A stretch of 64,000 nt of DNA from Thermoplasmata archaeon (GTDB taxonomy: Archaea; Thermoplasmatota; Thermoplasmata; Lutacidiplasmatales; UBA184): positions 24,531 through 88,530 of the forward strand of contig JBAQJJ010000030.1 in the NCBI GenBank assembly GCA_049300255.1, in the 5' to 3' direction. The notes below the pieces were generated by a model, which searched no databases, was not told the origin of the DNA, and worked only from the letters and a program-made list of their open reading frames with translations. Position numbers and translations under genes: made by a program. Shown piece by piece: positions 19,081 to 28,448 of this stretch. Every line of letters starts with the position of its first letter. Position 1 is the first letter of the stretch.

Positions 19081-20556
19081 CTAGGGTGAGAGGGGAGGGC
19101 TTCCGCCAACCGACGGAGGCTTCGCGGGATTCCGGGGAGACTTTGCCCGACGGCGGAGTAGAACAAGTGCCAGTACGGCACCGACGAGCACCACTGCCAC
19201 AATCGCACCGAGAAGCACATATCCTTCGGCAGCGGGGACGCCCAAGAATGTCGCCGTTCCCGAGGTGGCAGTGAAGGAAACCGAGCGATGGATCGCGGTC
19301 CCGTTCACGGTAATCGACCCGCCGCTCAGGTTGGCAGCGTAACCCGCCACTGGACCTAGGCTGAATGAATATGTGCCGTTCGGTTCGGTGAATGCAATCG
19401 TGGCCGTCGTGGATGGGTGGGGCGTTCCGTTCAACGTAACCGTCCAGTTCGTCCCCGAAGGCAGCCCGGTCTCCGAGAACGTGATGGCCGACGAAGGGGG
19501 CGATGGGCATGGTCCACCCATCGCGGTGACATTCGCAGATCCGAAGTTCGACACGTAGATTTGGCAGGTCTGACTGTCGTAGGCAACTCCGTAGGGGTAG
19601 AGGCCTGCCGATACGGTGGCTACTACTGTATCTGTGGTTCCCCGAACGATGGTCACGCTACCGTTTCCTTGCCCGCCCGCGGTCCCGGCCCCGGAGTCTG
19701 CCACGAACAAGTCCCCCGTCGCGCTGTCGTAGGCAACGTCCAAAGGATTGCTGCCCACGGAGATAAAGCCCCGAACCGCGTAGGTCGATGCGTTAAGGAC
19801 AGTGAGACTCGATGAGTACTGGTCCGCGACGAAGAGCTCGTTCGACTGTGGATCGTACGCCACACCCGACGGGTTAGAGCCCACCGTCACGTTCTTCACA
19901 ATCGAGGAGTTGACTGGGTCGACGATCTGCACTTCGCCGATGTTCCAGTCGGAGACGACAAGATTACCGGTGGCTCCGTCGATAGCGATTCCATCGGGTC
20001 CGCTGCCGACGGGGATGGTCCCGTCGACGAGGTTGGAAGTCGGGTTGATAACGCTCAACGTGTCGGCACCGTCATTCGTGACGTAGACGGAATTGGTGGA
20101 AGAATCGAACACCAGACCGTGTGGCTCACTTCCAACCGGCACGGTTGATATCACAATTCCCGTCTCAACGTCAATTATCGAAACGTTGTCGGAGCCGAAG
20201 TTCCCGACAAAGAGCTCGTCGTTCATCGGATCTGCTACTGCGTGGCGGGGATTGGTACCCACGGGAATCGAGCGAGACACAGAGTGTGTCGAGCCGTTAA
20301 TCACAGAAATGTTGTCGGAGAGCACGTTCTCGACGTAAAGGTCGCCGGTGCCGCTGTCATAGGCCACACCCCAAGGACCACTTCCGACCGAGATATTTCC
20401 AGCCGTGCGATCCCCCGAGGTCGGTTGTGCCAAGTCGGTAGTTCCGGAACGAATCTGAGAGGCCCAGACCCCGCTCGTGGCCCCATATACCACAGCGCCC
20501 ACAACGATCAGCACAACGAGGGGGCCGACTGTTCGAGGTCGCCTACTAGGAGCCAT
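19081..20556 (-). CDS. YVTN-type beta-propeller repeat surface protein with C-terminal membrane anchor
   Basis: N-terminal signal/TM, then seven repeats of the type LYVxNxxSDNVSVID. An N-X-S/T-rich domain follows, then TM helix LLGAIVAVVLVGAVLALVLL. Start set at ATG 20556, because the longer track ORF abuts the tRNA gene (its start at 20829 lies 2 nt from the tRNA 3' end at 20831). Confidence 0.75.
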   Translation of the reverse strand: MAPSRRPRTVGPLVVLIVVGAVVYGATSGVWASQIRSGTTDLAQPTSGDRTAGNISVGSGPWGVAYDSGTGDLYVENVLSDNISVINGSTHSVSRSIPVGTNPRHAVADPMNDELFVGNFGSDNVSIIDVETGIVISTVPVGSEPHGLVFDSSTNSVYVTNDGADTLSVINPTSNLVDGTIPVGSGPDGIAIDGATGNLVVSDWNIGEVQIVDPVNSSIVKNVTVGSNPSGVAYDPQSNELFVADQYSSSLTVLNASTYAVRGFISVGSNPLDVAYDSATGDLFVADSGAGTAGGQGNGSVTIVRGTTDTVVATVSAGLYPYGVAYDSQTCQIYVSNFGSANVTAMGGPCPSPPSSAITFSETGLPSGTNWTVTLNGTPHPSTTATIAFTEPNGTYSFSLGPVAGYAANLSGGSITVNGTAIHRSVSFTATSGTATFLGVPAAEGYVLLGAIVAVVLVGAVLALVLLRRRAKSPRNPAKPPSVGGSPPLSP

Positions 20557-20830
20557 TTTGAGGCAAAAGCAGTGCCAGGAATGACCATCTCTTGTCCGCA
20601 CAAATACTTTGTATCGCCCGCCTCGAGGGCGCCGAATGCGGCTAATCGATTTCCAGGGACCTAGTTGGGGCCTAGCCCGGCCGGCCTTACAGAAGGGATT
20701 TATTTCTGGACCGCAGGGCGAACACCAGTTTAGCTCCCCCAAACTTAAACGTCGACGCGTCGGTGACTGTCCGCGAAAAATCGACGAAAATGTCCAGGCG
20801 GAATAAACCCTCCGAGGATTCAAATCCACT

Positions 20831-20905
20831 CGGGCGTGGGGGGATTTGAACCCCCGACCAACGGGTTAGGAACCCGCTGCCCTATCCAGGCTAGGCCACA
20901 CGCCC
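20831..20905 (-). tRNA. tRNA-Arg, anticodon CCT
   Basis: Folded by hand into a cloverleaf. Acceptor GGGCGTG/CACGCCC, anticodon stem GCGGG/CCCGT with loop TTCCTAA, T arm GGGGG-TTCAAAT-CCCCC, discriminator G. CCA is not encoded. Confidence 0.9.
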
Positions 20906-20926
20906 CGAGGGGAGTGGCGTCGGGGA

Positions 20927-20938
20927 CCTTAAGAAAAC
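20927..20938 (-). promoter_or_regulatory. TATA-like box upstream of tRNA-Arg (minus-strand GTTTTCTTAAGG)
   Basis: AT-rich element 22-33 nt upstream of the tRNA 5' end. Confidence 0.4.
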
Positions 20939-20972
20939 TTCGATGCCGCTCGTCGAATCCGGCAGCGGTTCT

Positions 20973-22031
20973 TCACCCTTTGCGAGCGAAGAGACGGTCG
21001 TACCGGTGGTCGACATGGTTCACGAGATTGGGGGCCAGCTCTTGCACGATCTCGATCCCTTCGAGATTCGCCTGCAGCGTCGCGAGCACCGGACGTCGGG
21101 GCTCCGGAGTTGAGTCGGACGGCGGAGCGGGAGCGCTGCTCCCCAGTGCCGCGATCAAGAATCTTTCTGCACTCGCCACGTACAAAAACGGAAAGACCCG
21201 ACAGTCGCGGGTGAGGGTGGCAAACAGCTCCTCCGGATGAGTCCCGGGTTTCGGTCGTCCGAGGATCAGATTCACTTGATCCGCGGAGCGGCCCTTGAAG
21301 GCCGGGAGTCGGGAGGGCTCGAGAAATACGCGATGGAGCACCCACCCCCGCGTCAGCAGCTTCTGTTGAGAGAACGGAAGTCCGAGTGGTCCCATCAGAT
21401 GGCCGGGACGACCCTGCTCCTGCCCTACGAAGGGGCGGTGCAAGAGTTCGGCGACGGCCCACGACATCGAGGTGTTCAACGTCCCTGGGGCCGGCCGATC
21501 GTCGTTCTCGCCGTCCGGTCCGGGGCCTCCCAACCCGTGCGGATACGCGAGGGTGCCCGGCATGCCGGCGAGATGGGACCAAAGTCCCTCGAAGTCAAAG
21601 TAGACGGGAATGGAGGGCTGATCTAGCCGCACCGTGATCGATTCATGCCAGGTCCCGAGCTTGAGCTCATCGAACCGATTGGAAATGCGACTCGCCTCCT
21701 CCGGGGTGGGGAGGAAAAAGACGCCGAGGGCGACTTGAGATCCGGCCCAAAGGACGACATTCCCCGGTTCGCGCTGCCACTCCGCTACGAGCTCGGTGAC
21801 ACGATCGACGAAGGGCCGGGCCACGACGAACATGGCGTACGGCAGACCGAACCGTGAGGGATCGGGCACATACCGGTCACGGAGCCATCCTTCTTCGTAG
21901 GCCCGGCGCCGGGCGGCGTGATAGGTCGACCGTGGAATGTCGATCCGTCGTAGGCGCTCCCGTTCCCGGTCGGGTAAAGCCGAGAGCAGCACGGCAATGA
22001 CCCGCGCCTCTGATTCCGTAAGCGCGCGCAC
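20973..22031 (-). CDS. hypothetical protein with two tandem HTH-plus-RAM-like modules (divergent Lrp/AsnC-like regulator?)
   Basis: Both halves show a helix-rich segment followed by GW[LV]..R[YV]..P..[FL] and then a beta-alpha-beta-like segment. Compare EEGWLRDRYVPDPSRFGLPYAMFVVARP with TRGWVLHRVFLEPSRLPAF...NLILGRP. Confidence 0.4.
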   Translation of the reverse strand: MRALTESEARVIAVLLSALPDRERERLRRIDIPRSTYHAARRRAYEEGWLRDRYVPDPSRFGLPYAMFVVARPFVDRVTELVAEWQREPGNVVLWAGSQVALGVFFLPTPEEASRISNRFDELKLGTWHESITVRLDQPSIPVYFDFEGLWSHLAGMPGTLAYPHGLGGPGPDGENDDRPAPGTLNTSMSWAVAELLHRPFVGQEQGRPGHLMGPLGLPFSQQKLLTRGWVLHRVFLEPSRLPAFKGRSADQVNLILGRPKPGTHPEELFATLTRDCRVFPFLYVASAERFLIAALGSSAPAPPSDSTPEPRRPVLATLQANLEGIEIVQELAPNLVNHVDHRYDRLFARKG

Positions 22032-22166
22032 GCAGTCATGCTCCTAATTGCTACGCCCTAGCACGGGGTACAGGGCCCAATGGGGATGGATAAACATGAG
22101 GTTAAAACCCACTCGTCGTCTTGTTCGTCTGGAACTCTCCAATCGAGAATCGGTTCGGAGTCAACG

Positions 22167-23609
22167 ATGCGCGACAAGATTGTGGGACCTACCCAACTAC
22201 TCGTCATGATGGTTGCGGCCCTATTGGTCGTCACCCTGGTCCCGCTTGTCGGGACCGCTGCCGGCGCCTCGATGACCCCGGCGTTTGCGGTAGGCCCCAA
22301 TGCTTGGGCCTACGGAGGTGTGAAGATGATCAATGTCGCGACCCCCACCGCAAATGGGTCGGCGGCCGGATCCGCTTACTACGGCCAGTCTACGGTATTG
22401 AGTCAGAGTGCCGGAGCGAATGGGTCGATCTCCATCGGAGCGCAGCACACCTCGGGAGCCGGAGTCGACGTCACTTACTGTTCGCCCAGCTGCGGCGCGG
22501 CCGTGTATTATGAGGTGATTTGGGACTATCACGTCTGGGAAAATATTACGGCCTTCGCCAACTTCACGAATGACGCACCCATTTCCACGTCTTCGGGCAA
22601 TGCGACCGGACTCGGTCTTCTGAACTCGCACTCGCAATTCGCGGCCAACTTGACGGAATTCCTGGAGGTCGAGCTTCACACTGCAAAGATCACGACTACG
22701 TACTCCCGAAACCTTGCAGTGCAGGTCGCGGGCAGTGCCTCCCTCAACTTCCTCCCGTCGCGCCCCTTGGGCCTCATCCCTGGCAACGTGGCCTCCCTCG
22801 GTACGTGGAGCGACTCCGCTCCGTATTCCGCCGGGTGGGTCTGGTCCGCGTCGTACTACAACCACACCGTCTCGGCAATCGGCAATCATGTAAACCAAAC
22901 GAGCTTCTCTGGAAACGGCTCGATCCCGAACGGGACGATGAATCTCTCGGGAGCCAACGATGGCACGACGATCACGCTCGCCGGCAAGAGTCTGCTGGTG
23001 CTCTCGATCGCTATCTCCGGAGCCCCCTTCGACCTGCGGGACGGCTTCATCCTGATCCCGTCAAGCAGCGACCTTTTCGGCAGCGCGCGGCACGCTTGGT
23101 CGGACTCGCAGTCGGGCTTGACCACAACTCAGCTCGGCAATGTCGACTATTACGCCGGCTCCTCCAATCACATCGGCATCCTAGCCACGCGGCAAGTGTA
23201 CTCCTCGTCTCCCATAGCGGCCAATGCCAACTCGTCGATTAACGGAAGCTTCACTGAGGCCGAACCTCCCGGGCTCCCGAACCTACAGCAAGTAGGGGTG
23301 CAGGGACAACCAGAATCCGTCAATCAGGCGACGCAGAATCAGCAGTGCCTCACGGCCGATTCCTGTTCTCCAAGCGCGGGACCCACGAGCCCCCTGCGGG
23401 AACTCATAGTGGTGGGCGCCGTGATCGGCCTCGTCGTGGTGGGGCTCGCCCTCGTAGTCCAACGCCGGCGCCAGCTCCCCGCGCCCGTCTATCCGAATGC
23501 CCAACTCTACCCCGTGGGATCTCCACTCGCCCCGAATGTGTCCGCCCCGAGGTCCGCGACCGAGTCCCCGAAAGATTCGGACCCCGACCCGCTCGGAAAT
23601 CTCTGGTAA
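22167..23609 (+). CDS. secreted N-X-S/T-rich surface protein with C-terminal TM anchor
   Basis: Signal/TM LLVMMVAALLVVTLVPLVGTAAGA after the ATG at 22167, many NxS/T sequons and C-terminal TM VVGAVIGLVVVGLALVV plus a short tail. Confidence 0.55.
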   Translation: MRDKIVGPTQLLVMMVAALLVVTLVPLVGTAAGASMTPAFAVGPNAWAYGGVKMINVATPTANGSAAGSAYYGQSTVLSQSAGANGSISIGAQHTSGAGVDVTYCSPSCGAAVYYEVIWDYHVWENITAFANFTNDAPISTSSGNATGLGLLNSHSQFAANLTEFLEVELHTAKITTTYSRNLAVQVAGSASLNFLPSRPLGLIPGNVASLGTWSDSAPYSAGWVWSASYYNHTVSAIGNHVNQTSFSGNGSIPNGTMNLSGANDGTTITLAGKSLLVLSIAISGAPFDLRDGFILIPSSSDLFGSARHAWSDSQSGLTTTQLGNVDYYAGSSNHIGILATRQVYSSSPIAANANSSINGSFTEAEPPGLPNLQQVGVQGQPESVNQATQNQQCLTADSCSPSAGPTSPLRELIVVGAVIGLVVVGLALVVQRRRQLPAPVYPNAQLYPVGSPLAPNVSAPRSATESPKDSDPDPLGNLW

Positions 23610-23658
23610 TCGCTGAACGGGCCCCTGGGCCCCGTCTGAGCCGTACGTTCAGCCGACG

Positions 23659-24948
23659 TTACGAGGCCGGTCGAAGCGGTCGGGCACGCGTCGCGAGAGG
23701 GTAGCGCAGAATGGCCGCAACGCCTCCAAAAGCTTTCGCGAGCATTTCGCCTTCTTCGCTCTCAGTCGAAATCATGCGCACGGTGGCGCCCGATTGGAGG
23801 GCGCGGCGGAACAGCTGCTCGACGTAGTCCTCGGATTCGGTCGCCGACAGCGTGGGGGCACCGCATTTGGGACACGGCGCATCCAGCACCTTTCCGACCT
23901 CCTCGTCCGACAACGTTCGTTCGAAGGCGTAGCCGCAGGATGCGCACTTGAACGCGACGCGTTTCTTTCGAAGCCCTTCCGAGATGAGCAGCGTGTCGAC
24001 TGCCCCGCCCTCTAACGCGGTCTGCACGTCCTTCTCTCCATACGCCGCCAGTCCGACCTCGGCGCGACGGATCTCGTTCAGCAATCGTTGAACGATCCGC
24101 TTCTCCTCGGTCAGCTCGAGTCCGTGGAGCGTTTGGGTCGCTTTCTCGACCATCTCCTTGAGGCCGTATTCATCCGTGTAACCGACGTCGAAGAGGGGCA
24201 GTACGACCTTCTGCTGAAGTTCGTAGTGGAGGTAGTTCTCCTTGTAGAAGTACTCCTTCGTGGCGCCCGGTCCCCCAATGAGGATCCCCTTCAATTGGTC
24301 CTTCTTCGGCAGAAACAGCTCGTTCGCCATTTCCCCGCATCGAACGAAGAAGTCGTGGGCGGCGTGTTCGATCAACCGTTCGAATCGATGGGCCGACTGC
24401 CCCCCGCGTCCGTGCTTGCTCGGAACGAGCGACTGTTTGTTGCGCAACGCTTCGACACGCTTGCCACGGAGGAAGCCGAGGGTGACCTCGGCGCGGTCCA
24501 TCACGATCAGGCCCCAGAGCTCTGGCTCATGGACCATTGAGATGAGCGGTTCGAGGAAGAACGTGGAATCGCAGCGATACAGGTACGTGTTGAGCGGTTC
24601 GGGAGGCTCAACGATGAACGTGACCGGCTCGGACTTGTCGGCCCCGATTGCCTTGCTCCCAACGAAGAACGCCACGCCGTTCGAGGGCGGCTCTTTGTAC
24701 GCGCGTACGCGGCCCATGATCGACTCAATCGCCCACATGACGTTCTTGCGCGTCGTGCGGCTCTTGATGTTCGAGCTCTGCGCGTACTCATTACGGAGAT
24801 ATGCCATCACGTCCGAGACTTGCTTCTTCGGCGGGACGTAGAGCGAGATCAGCTCTGTTGCACGGCCACGGGCCGCGGCGATCTCATCCAGCTTGCGCTT
24901 GAACGAGTACCGCGCGAGCTGGGCATCCACGTTCGGTTCCGGGCTCAC
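23659..24948 (-). CDS. prf1: peptide chain release factor aRF1
   Basis: NIKS codon-recognition motif (SSNIKSR) and GGQ motif (HGRGGQSA). The C-domain carries a CxxC...CxxC insert. Confidence 0.9.
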   Translation of the reverse strand: MSPEPNVDAQLARYSFKRKLDEIAAARGRATELISLYVPPKKQVSDVMAYLRNEYAQSSNIKSRTTRKNVMWAIESIMGRVRAYKEPPSNGVAFFVGSKAIGADKSEPVTFIVEPPEPLNTYLYRCDSTFFLEPLISMVHEPELWGLIVMDRAEVTLGFLRGKRVEALRNKQSLVPSKHGRGGQSAHRFERLIEHAAHDFFVRCGEMANELFLPKKDQLKGILIGGPGATKEYFYKENYLHYELQQKVVLPLFDVGYTDEYGLKEMVEKATQTLHGLELTEEKRIVQRLLNEIRRAEVGLAAYGEKDVQTALEGGAVDTLLISEGLRKKRVAFKCASCGYAFERTLSDEEVGKVLDAPCPKCGAPTLSATESEDYVEQLFRRALQSGATVRMISTESEEGEMLAKAFGGVAAILRYPLATRARPLRPAS

Positions 24949-25049
24949 TGGCGCCTCCGGACCTCGGGCTGCGGTGCGAATTCAGGAGACGAGAAGGAAG
25001 ACTGGTCGGGAGCCCAATGGGACTCGGGCCCATGCCCGGGGCGGGGGAG

Positions 25050-25367
25050 TCAGAGCAGTTTGCGAACGTGCTCGTCGATGACTTCTTCGGGGTAAGCGCC
25101 GACGATCCGGTCCACGAGCTTGCCTTCCTTGTAGAATAGGAGCGTGGGGATGCTCATGATCCCCAGGGCGCCAGCCTGCTCGCTGTTGTCGTCCGAGTTC
25201 AGTTTTCCGAAAGCGACCTTCCCCTGGTACTTCCCGGAAAGCCGATCCACGATAGGGGATACCATCCGGCAGGGTCCGCACCACGGGGCCCAAATATCGA
25301 CCACCGCGGCGGAGTTTTCTTGCGCGAATTTGTTGAACTGAGCCCCGTTGAGCTCTTGAACCGACAT
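25050..25367 (-). CDS. trxA: thioredoxin
   Basis: 105 aa with the WAPWCGPC active site. Confidence 0.9.
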   Translation of the reverse strand: MSVQELNGAQFNKFAQENSAAVVDIWAPWCGPCRMVSPIVDRLSGKYQGKVAFGKLNSDDNSEQAGALGIMSIPTLLFYKEGKLVDRIVGAYPEEVIDEHVRKLL

Positions 25368-25510
25368 CGACGTTCCTCATTCATTTTATCGGTCGCTCCT
25401 ATTAAAGTGTTCGCGAACGTCGACTTCCCTTGCCGCACTGACCCGGCCAAAAACACGTATTTTGGTAAGGGATTAGTAGGAGGCGGCCCCTAGGGTTTCT
25501 GTTCCTCTCC

Positions 25511-26314
25511 ATGCGATCGGACTCGTCTTCCGCCGCCGAGACTTCGTCGCCTCCGCTGCCGGGCGCGTCCGTTCCCCGGCCGCTCCGGTCAACCCGATCT
25601 CCTACGTTAATGAGCGCCGCCGCCCAGAAGGCGATTCGGCAGCGCATGCTCCTGTTCCGATCGACCGCCCTCGCCCGGATCACTGAGCTGACCGGGGCGA
25701 CTTCGGAGGAGCTCAAGCGATATCGCCACGAACTCCTCGCCAGCACTCTTCCCGACCTCTTACTGCAACGCGGGGCAGGACTTCCCTTCACGCGAGAGCT
25801 GCCGCAGGGGGCGCTCTTGTATCTGATTGTGCGAGCCCAGCGCCCGGAGCGGATCGTCGAAACGGGAGTTCGTCCAGGCTACTCGACGGCCTGGCTGCTC
25901 GCCGGTCTCGAAGCCAACGGATCCGGGGAGCTCGTATCACTGGGGCCGGGTTCGCCCCAGGGACGTGCGGCCGGAGTCCACCAAGTGAGCGTCGGTCAGT
26001 TCGTCCCTCCAGGATTGCGGAGTCGATGGACGCTCGTTCTTGGCAATTCCGAGGAACGACTCCAGGAGCTCCTGAACGGGAGCCAGAGAATTGACGTGTT
26101 TCTGTACGACAATGGACCGAATGTCGTGCGAGCCCGCTTCGAACTCCGCTCGGCGTGGGCCGCGCTCTCCGAGCACGGGATCCTGATGGCCCACCACATT
26201 GAAGCGAACCCCGCGTGGAGCGAATTCTGTCGCGCCCAAGGGGTCCCCGATCAGCTTCTCGACCCCGGGCCGCCTCCGATGGGCGCAGTGGCGATGCAGC
26301 CGCCTCGGCGCTAG
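25511..26314 (+). CDS. class I SAM-dependent methyltransferase-like protein (O-methyltransferase / CmcI-like fold)
   Basis: IVETGVRPGYSTAWLL motif I-like segment and the DVFLYDNGP pattern. The start is uncertain (alternative ATG at 25610). Confidence 0.5.
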   Translation: MRSDSSSAAETSSPPLPGASVPRPLRSTRSPTLMSAAAQKAIRQRMLLFRSTALARITELTGATSEELKRYRHELLASTLPDLLLQRGAGLPFTRELPQGALLYLIVRAQRPERIVETGVRPGYSTAWLLAGLEANGSGELVSLGPGSPQGRAAGVHQVSVGQFVPPGLRSRWTLVLGNSEERLQELLNGSQRIDVFLYDNGPNVVRARFELRSAWAALSEHGILMAHHIEANPAWSEFCRAQGVPDQLLDPGPPPMGAVAMQPPRR

Positions 26315-26324
26315 GCGGCAGTGC

Positions 26325-26858
26325 CTAGCGCTCCAGTTCCTCAACGAGATGCTGAACCGCGGGCAGGATGAGCTTCTCCAGAGCCGTACGGACGGCCCGC
26401 TCGGATCCCGGTAGAGCAAAGACGGGCTTGTTCCGGATCAAATACAGACCGGCTCGACTCATCAGGGCCAGGGGGCCGACCTCCGCGTAGCTGAGTGCCC
26501 GATATAGCTCGCCAAAGCCGTCTAACCGCTTGCCTCCCATCGCTTCGAGGGCATTCACGCTCAGGTCGCGGGAGCTGACGCCCGTGCCGCCCACCGTTAG
26601 AGCGCACTCGAGAGGAAGCTCCGCCAGATAGGGCTCGAGCTTCTCGCGGACGTCCGCCACGCTATTCGCCACTAGAGCGTAATGCAAGACTTTGTGTCCC
26701 CCCTGTTCGATCAGGGTTCGCGCCAGGTGACCGGACGGGTCATCGTCCTCGGTGTGCGTGTCCGAGACCGAGAGGATGGCGAACCCGATCGAGCGCTGAC
26801 CCCCCAGATGGTGACGGCCCGACGTCGCCGGCGGAGAGTGCGCTCCTCCTTCGGTCAT
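26325..26858 (-). CDS. moaB: molybdenum cofactor biosynthesis protein MoaB/MogA family
   Basis: ILSVSDT...TVGGTGVSSRD...ALPGS pattern. 4-nt overlap with moaC. Confidence 0.8.
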   Translation of the reverse strand: MTEGGAHSPPATSGRHHLGGQRSIGFAILSVSDTHTEDDDPSGHLARTLIEQGGHKVLHYALVANSVADVREKLEPYLAELPLECALTVGGTGVSSRDLSVNALEAMGGKRLDGFGELYRALSYAEVGPLALMSRAGLYLIRNKPVFALPGSERAVRTALEKLILPAVQHLVEELER

Positions 26859-27337
26859 TCGCGGGCTACCTTACGCTTCTCTTTCACAACGACGCGAACC
26901 GGACCCAGGCGCGTCGTGGGGTAGAGCCCGCGCGCATTCTTCTCCAGGTATTTCACCATGTCCCACACGGTGAGCAGGGCGACGCTCGCGCCGACCAGCG
27001 ATTCCATCTCTACGCCGGTACGCCCAACGGTTTCCGCCTCGGCCCGAACATGGATCCCCGTGCGACGCACCGCGAGCTCTATCCGACTCCCCGTGAGGGG
27101 GATCGTGTGACAGAACGGAATGAGATCGGCGGTCCGCTTCATCGCCTGAAGGCCCGCGACCTCCGCGACGGAGATTGGGTCGCCCTTGGCCACGTTGTGC
27201 CGCCGAATCTGGACCAGCGTGGCAGGTCGAAGACGCAGATCCCCCTCCGCCAAGGCCCGGCGATAGACCATGGGCTTGCGGTGCGTACGACGTTGTTGGG
27301 CCATGAGTTCAGCCCTTCCGATCACGGGCGAGCGCAA
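26855..27337 (-). CDS. moaC: cyclic pyranopterin monophosphate synthase accessory protein MoaC
   Basis: KGDPISVAEVAGLQA...LIPFCHTIPL...TGVEMESL signatures. Confidence 0.85.
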   Translation of the reverse strand: MRSPVIGRAELMAQQRRTHRKPMVYRRALAEGDLRLRPATLVQIRRHNVAKGDPISVAEVAGLQAMKRTADLIPFCHTIPLTGSRIELAVRRTGIHVRAEAETVGRTGVEMESLVGASVALLTVWDMVKYLEKNARGLYPTTRLGPVRVVVKEKRKVARE

Positions 27338-28292
27338 GATGCGCGAGCACGGATTCCAGTTGGACCCGTTCCGAGGCGCCCTGCGCCAATCGGAAATCGA
27401 CGTCCGCGAGGTATTCCACGAGCCGGATCTTGTCGCGAGGCGGGATGAGCGAATCGGAAAGGTCCGGCAGGTAGCTGTGAATCGCGCGCAGAATGTCCTC
27501 GCCGGTCGCGCCGCGTTCGGTAAAGATCTGGTAGAGTCGATCCCGGGCCGCTAGGAATTCGCCGGCGAGAGCCGCCGTGAGCATCTGCTCCACTTCGGAG
27601 CGAAGGGGAACGGTGGACACCTGGCGCACGGTCTCTTCCGTCACGGAATCGGTGTACGTTGCGGCCAGCTGGAGTAGGTTGATCGCGCGGCGAAGATCGC
27701 CCCCGCTCGCGGCGATGATAGCGGCGTACGCGCCGGCGGAGACCTTCTTCCCCTCGGCCTTGGTGATCCGTTCGAGTTGCACGTGCATCTGGTCGGACGA
27801 ATAGGGCCGAAATCGAAAGACGGCGCAGCGCGATTGGATCGGATCGATAATCCGGGACGAGTAATTGCACGACAGGATGAAACGACAGGCCCCGGAGTAG
27901 CGCTCCATAAGCCGTCGCAAGGAGGCCTGGGCTTCGGCGGTCAGATTGTCCGCCTCGTCCAGAAAGAGGAGCTTGAATCCTACTCCACCGATCGGAGAGG
28001 TGCGCGCATAGCTTTTGATCGTCGTGCGAACCGTGTCGATGCCGCGTTCGTCTGAGGCATTCAGCTCCAAGAAGCTCTGGCGCCACTCGGCGCCGTAGAG
28101 ATCCCGCGCGAGCGCGAGGGCAGCGGTAGTCTTCCCGGTCCCGGGCGGCCCGGCGAACAATAAGTGCGGGAGGGATCTCTTTTCGGCGTAGGCGCGGAGT
28201 AATGGTACGATTCCCTCCTGGCCGATCATATCCTTGAGGGACGACGGTCGATACTTCTCGACCCAAACGGCCTCGCCCGTGGCGTTCGTCAT
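27309..28292 (-). CDS. rfcS: replication factor C small subunit
   Basis: WVEKYRP clamp-loader box, Walker A GPPGTGKTT, DEAD box LDEADNLT and the SCNYSSRIIDPIQSRC sensor region. Confidence 0.9.
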   Translation of the reverse strand: MTNATGEAVWVEKYRPSSLKDMIGQEGIVPLLRAYAEKRSLPHLLFAGPPGTGKTTAALALARDLYGAEWRQSFLELNASDERGIDTVRTTIKSYARTSPIGGVGFKLLFLDEADNLTAEAQASLRRLMERYSGACRFILSCNYSSRIIDPIQSRCAVFRFRPYSSDQMHVQLERITKAEGKKVSAGAYAAIIAASGGDLRRAINLLQLAATYTDSVTEETVRQVSTVPLRSEVEQMLTAALAGEFLAARDRLYQIFTERGATGEDILRAIHSYLPDLSDSLIPPRDKIRLVEYLADVDFRLAQGASERVQLESVLAHLALARDRKG

Positions 28293-28448
28293 GGATGTTG
28301 CGAGTGGTCGCGGTCGAAGGTAATTAGCGTTGTGACTGCTCGCGACCCCCGTGCCTGGAAGTCGCGGCCGCGGCCGCCCACTCCATTTGCCACCAAGCTC
28401 GTCGATCGATGGGATGGCGGGGGGAGATGCAGCATCCCGCAGATCCGA

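Noticed and set aside
20557-20829. N-terminal extension of the YVTN protein ORF (track 19081-20829).
   Set aside because: The extension abuts the 3' end of the tRNA-Arg gene (2 nt away) and has poor sequence quality. A signal/TM segment follows the internal ATG at 20556.
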